Assembly: GCF_020745735.1 (NCBI RefSeq) | Contig: NC_083417.1 | Span: forward strand, 63,178,001 to 63,242,000 | Source of the DNA: Hemiscyllium ocellatum | Lineage: Eukaryota | Direction: 5' to 3' | Length of the DNA: 64,000 bases | In this document: in pieces, positions 60,370-64,000 of the stretch | How positions within the stretch are numbered: position 1 is the first letter of the stretch | Layout: every line of letters begins with the position of its first letter | Program-made: the position numbers and the translations under genes | Notes under the pieces: generated by a model | Seen by the model: only the letters and a program-made list of their open reading frames with translations | The model's database searches: none | Told to the model about the DNA's origin: nothing

Positions 60370-63300
60370 GTAGACATCTGTTGAATTTGAAATCGATCTC
60401 TGAATCTTTAAAGAAATGACTACATAGAATTACTGGACCTGGAAAGAGGAGTTTTGAATTTTATTGCACAGATTAGAATTTGGAAATAATTTTGACTTTT
60501 GTTAAAAGCTTTCTCGGAGTAGAAAAATGCGACTGAAGTTTATTTGAAATCTTCGACTAAGACGACACTGTGGGAATGAACAAATAAATTAGAAGTAGAA
60601 AACAAAAGTGTAACCTTGCAAAGTTGAGATTCTTAAATATTTTACCCAACATTTGGAACTAAATGGAGAGAAAACTGAAACTGTCATGTCATCACTGAAT
60701 TAAAATTCAGCAAGAATAAAAAAAGGGAAAAGAAATGAAAGGAGCAATGGAAAAAATGAGAATGAAGAAGAAGAAAGGAAAGGTAAAAAGCGATGACTAA
60801 GAACATTTGAATGAGATGGAGCAAAGGAAAAATGCAAATAGAAATGGACTTTAAAAATATGATCAGTAAAGAGACAGCAGAACTAGAAAGTAGGTCTAAA
60901 CTACAGAAAAGCTTACCATAATTGTGGAAAGAATATGTACAAACTCAAAAGAGGATTCTTATTCCATTGATAATTGTGATTTAACTGGACATGTGCATTA
61001 GTTGCTAAATTTCCAGAGCTTGGAGTGGAAATATGTTTCAGTTCAATTGAAAAGATAGCCCGGAAGATGAAGTAAACACAAAAAATAGAATATAGATCTT
61101 ACAGCACAGTACAGGCCCTTGGCCCACGACGTTGTGCCAAGCATTTATCTTAATCTAAGATCATCCTAATCTACAAACCCTTCAATTTACTGCCAACCAT
61201 GTGCTTGTCCAACAGTCGTTTAAATGTCCCTAATGTCTCTGACTCTACTACCATCGCTGCCAGTGCAATCCATGCACCCACCACTCTCTGTGTAAAGAAT
61301 CTATCTCTGACATCCCCACTATACTTTCCTCCAATTACATTAGAATTATGATCCCTCGTGACAGTCATCCTTCCCTGGGAAAATTGTCTGGCCATCTACT
61401 CTATCAATGGCTCTTATTACCTTGTATACCTCTATCAAGTCAGCTCTCTTCCATCTTCTCTTCAGAATGAAAAGCCCTAGTTCAATCGTTCTCTCTTCAT
61501 AAGACAAGCTCTCCAATTCAGGCAGCATCCTGGTAAATCTCCTCTGCACCCTTCCTATAATGAGGCTACCAAACTGGACACAACGTTCCAAGGGTGGTCT
61601 AACCAGGATTTTATACAGCAGCAAAACATTGCGGCTCTTAAACTCAGTCCCTCTGTTAATGAAAGCCAAAACTCTGTATATCTTCTTAACATTCATATCA
61701 ATCGGGGTGACTACTTTGAAGGATTTATGTACATGGACCAGAAGATCCCGCTGCTCTGCCACACTGCCAAGAATCCTGTGTTTAACCCTCTATTCAGCAT
61801 TCAAAATCGACCTTCCAAAATGATTCACTTAGCAAGTGTTGAAAGATATATGGGCCTGAATGTTACAGAATATTTTGAACAGTATCATTAAAAATTTGAT
61901 GAATCAGTTTGTCAGAAGAACAATTTGCAGGGCACAAAACTGGACAAGCAAAACAAATGTATGTGAGTTTGAAACTATTAATTTATATGTCAGATGATTA
62001 GAAACTAACATAATCAGTAATTTGAAGGAAAAGAAATTCATTTCGATTGGTACCGTCTCTCACTGAAGTTGGAGAAAGAGTTTGAGAACTTGAAGGAAGT
62101 AATGACTATACTATTCAAAATTGTATATTAGCAATTACGTCTATAAGCTTCAGTAAGCTTCAAATGTCAAAGATCTCGGAATAGTACTTCTGACAGGTTC
62201 CTATGATTTTGTAGACAGACCATTACTTATAGGGCATTTTTCATGTGGAAATAAACAAAGAAATTGAAAGAAAATATTCATTTTGGTTTTAAAAGGTACT
62301 GGTTTTAGGAAATAAACAGAAGGATTCCAAACAATATAGGAGAAAGGCTGGAACCCAAATATGATAGAAAGACAATAATATACTGCCGTTATGATGAGAC
62401 AGTATATTAAAGCTGAAATGAGAGATTAATTACAAAAAATAGAAGCCCATGGAATCCTTCGAAGAGACAAGCATCAGGAAAGGAAATGAACATTAAAACT
62501 GGAGCAAAAGTACAAATGGAGCATGTTGCATTGCATTCTACTAGGAATGAATAGATAACTCAGATTTTTAAGACATCTTTTGCTTAATAGTGCAATTCAA
62601 AATCAGACCATTCAGTGTTCTAGATAGTCTTTTAAACGGGAAAGGTATTTTCTTGGTCTTCTAATAAAGGAGACAACCAATAAAGATATTGAGACACAAT
62701 GGATGGGTTAATGATGGGAAGAAATAATTGGCATTAAACACAGAGAGCGCAATGTCATCCTTTTATCTTGCATTGACTTAAAATATGAAAAAAAAGCGAG
62801 TTTACTAATCCAAATTGAAGGATCTGATTTCATCCGAGGCAATGATATGACTATTTTGAGAGACCACACCGTTTCCTTATTTGGTTACATATAAGGAAGT
62901 TGACTGCAATACAACTGAAATACTAGGAGAAGTTTTCAACTTAAAAGTTAAGAATGGGAGTAAACGCTCTTATAGAATTCCCGATTCATAAAACTGAAGA
63001 GAACTCATGAGATTTTTGTGAATGCATGATTTCAATGAACATTTGTGCCTAATATCAGCACAATAATTGTAGCTTTGACAAAATTGTTACAAAAACAAGG
63101 AAAATGATATGGTCAGTGGCGTGATAATCATTATTTGAGAAGCTGAAGGCAATGTTAATAAGTGAATTAGCAATTCCTCCGATTTTAGAAAGCGTTTTAC
63201 GCTGGAAACTAATGTTTCTAACGTTGCAATCTTATGAAACGGTAATGAATTTATCAAAAGAGAAGGCAGTGGGACGCTTTTCTAAAAAAAACCGTCAGAA

Positions 63301-63600
63301 GAATTACTTAACATCGATAAAGGAAACTTTGCAATTATCATTATCTTTAATATTTTGAAGTTAATTTCCAACATGATTGCAACGAAACACCAATATATAC
63401 TGATCATACTCTGTTAGGTTTTGTAAAGAAATTTATAACTTGAAATTCAATATCATTCTGATGGAGCTTATCGATTCAATTATAACTACAATATATTGCT
63501 GGAGAAGAAAGTATAACAGCAAACACGTTATCAATAACGTTTTTGTGCCGTAATAGCTTAAGTAAATGAAAACACGTTGCTTAAATCCTGTGTGAGGAAT
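60370..63600 (+). mobile_element. Paralogous decayed Gypsy-type element (in duplication copy 2)
   Basis: Colinear with 31.3-33.8 kb; FVPNISTIIVALTKL..W..LFEKLKAMLISE near 63040-63170. Confidence 0.6.
61075..61830 (-). mobile_element. 5'-truncated CR1 3' end inserted only in duplication copy 2
   Basis: LVRPPLERCVQF..RVQRRFTRMLPEL..FFTQRVVGAW; tail at about 61080-61100. Confidence 0.85.
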
Positions 63601-64000
63601 CAGTGCGGGTGAGTTTTATATATTTAAATAAGCTCTTGCTGACCATCTTTTTGAATAGGTCTGTTTGAATAGATTGTTTCTCAAATGATATCGAACTCTG
63701 ATCCCGTGTTGTTTGACACCTTAGCTCATGCCTGTTCACTCAAACACTAATGCTTTGTTTTAGGCATCTCGGTGGTTGGCTAATTATGACTGAGGTAAAG
63801 AATGATACCTTAACTCACTTCTTGAACGACGAGGGTTGTGGCAGCTCACTCATTGAGAATGCTCCCGACAGTAATTTGTTGTCCTCTTGATGCTAATATC
63901 TCGAAGGATATGGACATAGTGAGGCAATGTGGTAGTGAGGTAGATGTCAGCCATAAAATAAATGAATGATAAATCGGGCTTCCCAGGCTGAATGGGCAAC

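Larger units (their letters stand above)
58635..64000 (+). repeat. Segmental duplication, copy 2 (runs to the window end)
   Basis: Colinear with 28600-34575, diverged, with copy-specific insertions. Confidence 0.85.

Noticed and set aside
1-64000. CRISPR arrays, rRNA, operons or other prokaryotic systems
   Set aside because: None seen; the sequence is spliced eukaryotic DNA dominated by vertebrate retroelements.

Overview
Eukaryotic, AT-rich, repeat-dense vertebrate DNA, most likely from a cartilaginous fish (shark). This is inferred from HE1-type tRNA-SINEs, HER1/CR1-type LINEs and abundant Penelope-like elements (PLEs). The one well-supported host gene is on the minus strand (about 42.05-51.83 kb) and was built by hand from splice sites. 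It has a leader exon, a single exon encoding a complete V domain with a J-like G-strand, a C1-set Ig exon, an uncharged TM exon, a 44-nt cytoplasmic exon and two ITIM/ITSM-type tail exons, giving a SIRP/B7-H6-like non-rearranging V-C1 receptor. Ectodomain and TM are intact, but the tail appears disabled by an in-frame TAA, a Tyr-to-Ser change and a missing donor. Other weak, decayed Tyr-motif and TM exon candidates on both strands suggest an immune-receptor cluster. Most of the rest is transposon-derived: three PLE RT/GIY-YIG copies, many hammerhead-ribozyme-bearing PLE termini, a near full-length CR1 LINE with an inverted partial copy, Gypsy remnants with apparent INT-before-RT order, and a decayed class I (epsilon-like) ERV with a candidate 2H-phosphoesterase domain between protease and RT. 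An old direct segmental duplication links about 28.6-34.6 kb with 58.6-64.0 kb. Repeat boundaries are approximate and identities were judged by eye; no searches were run.
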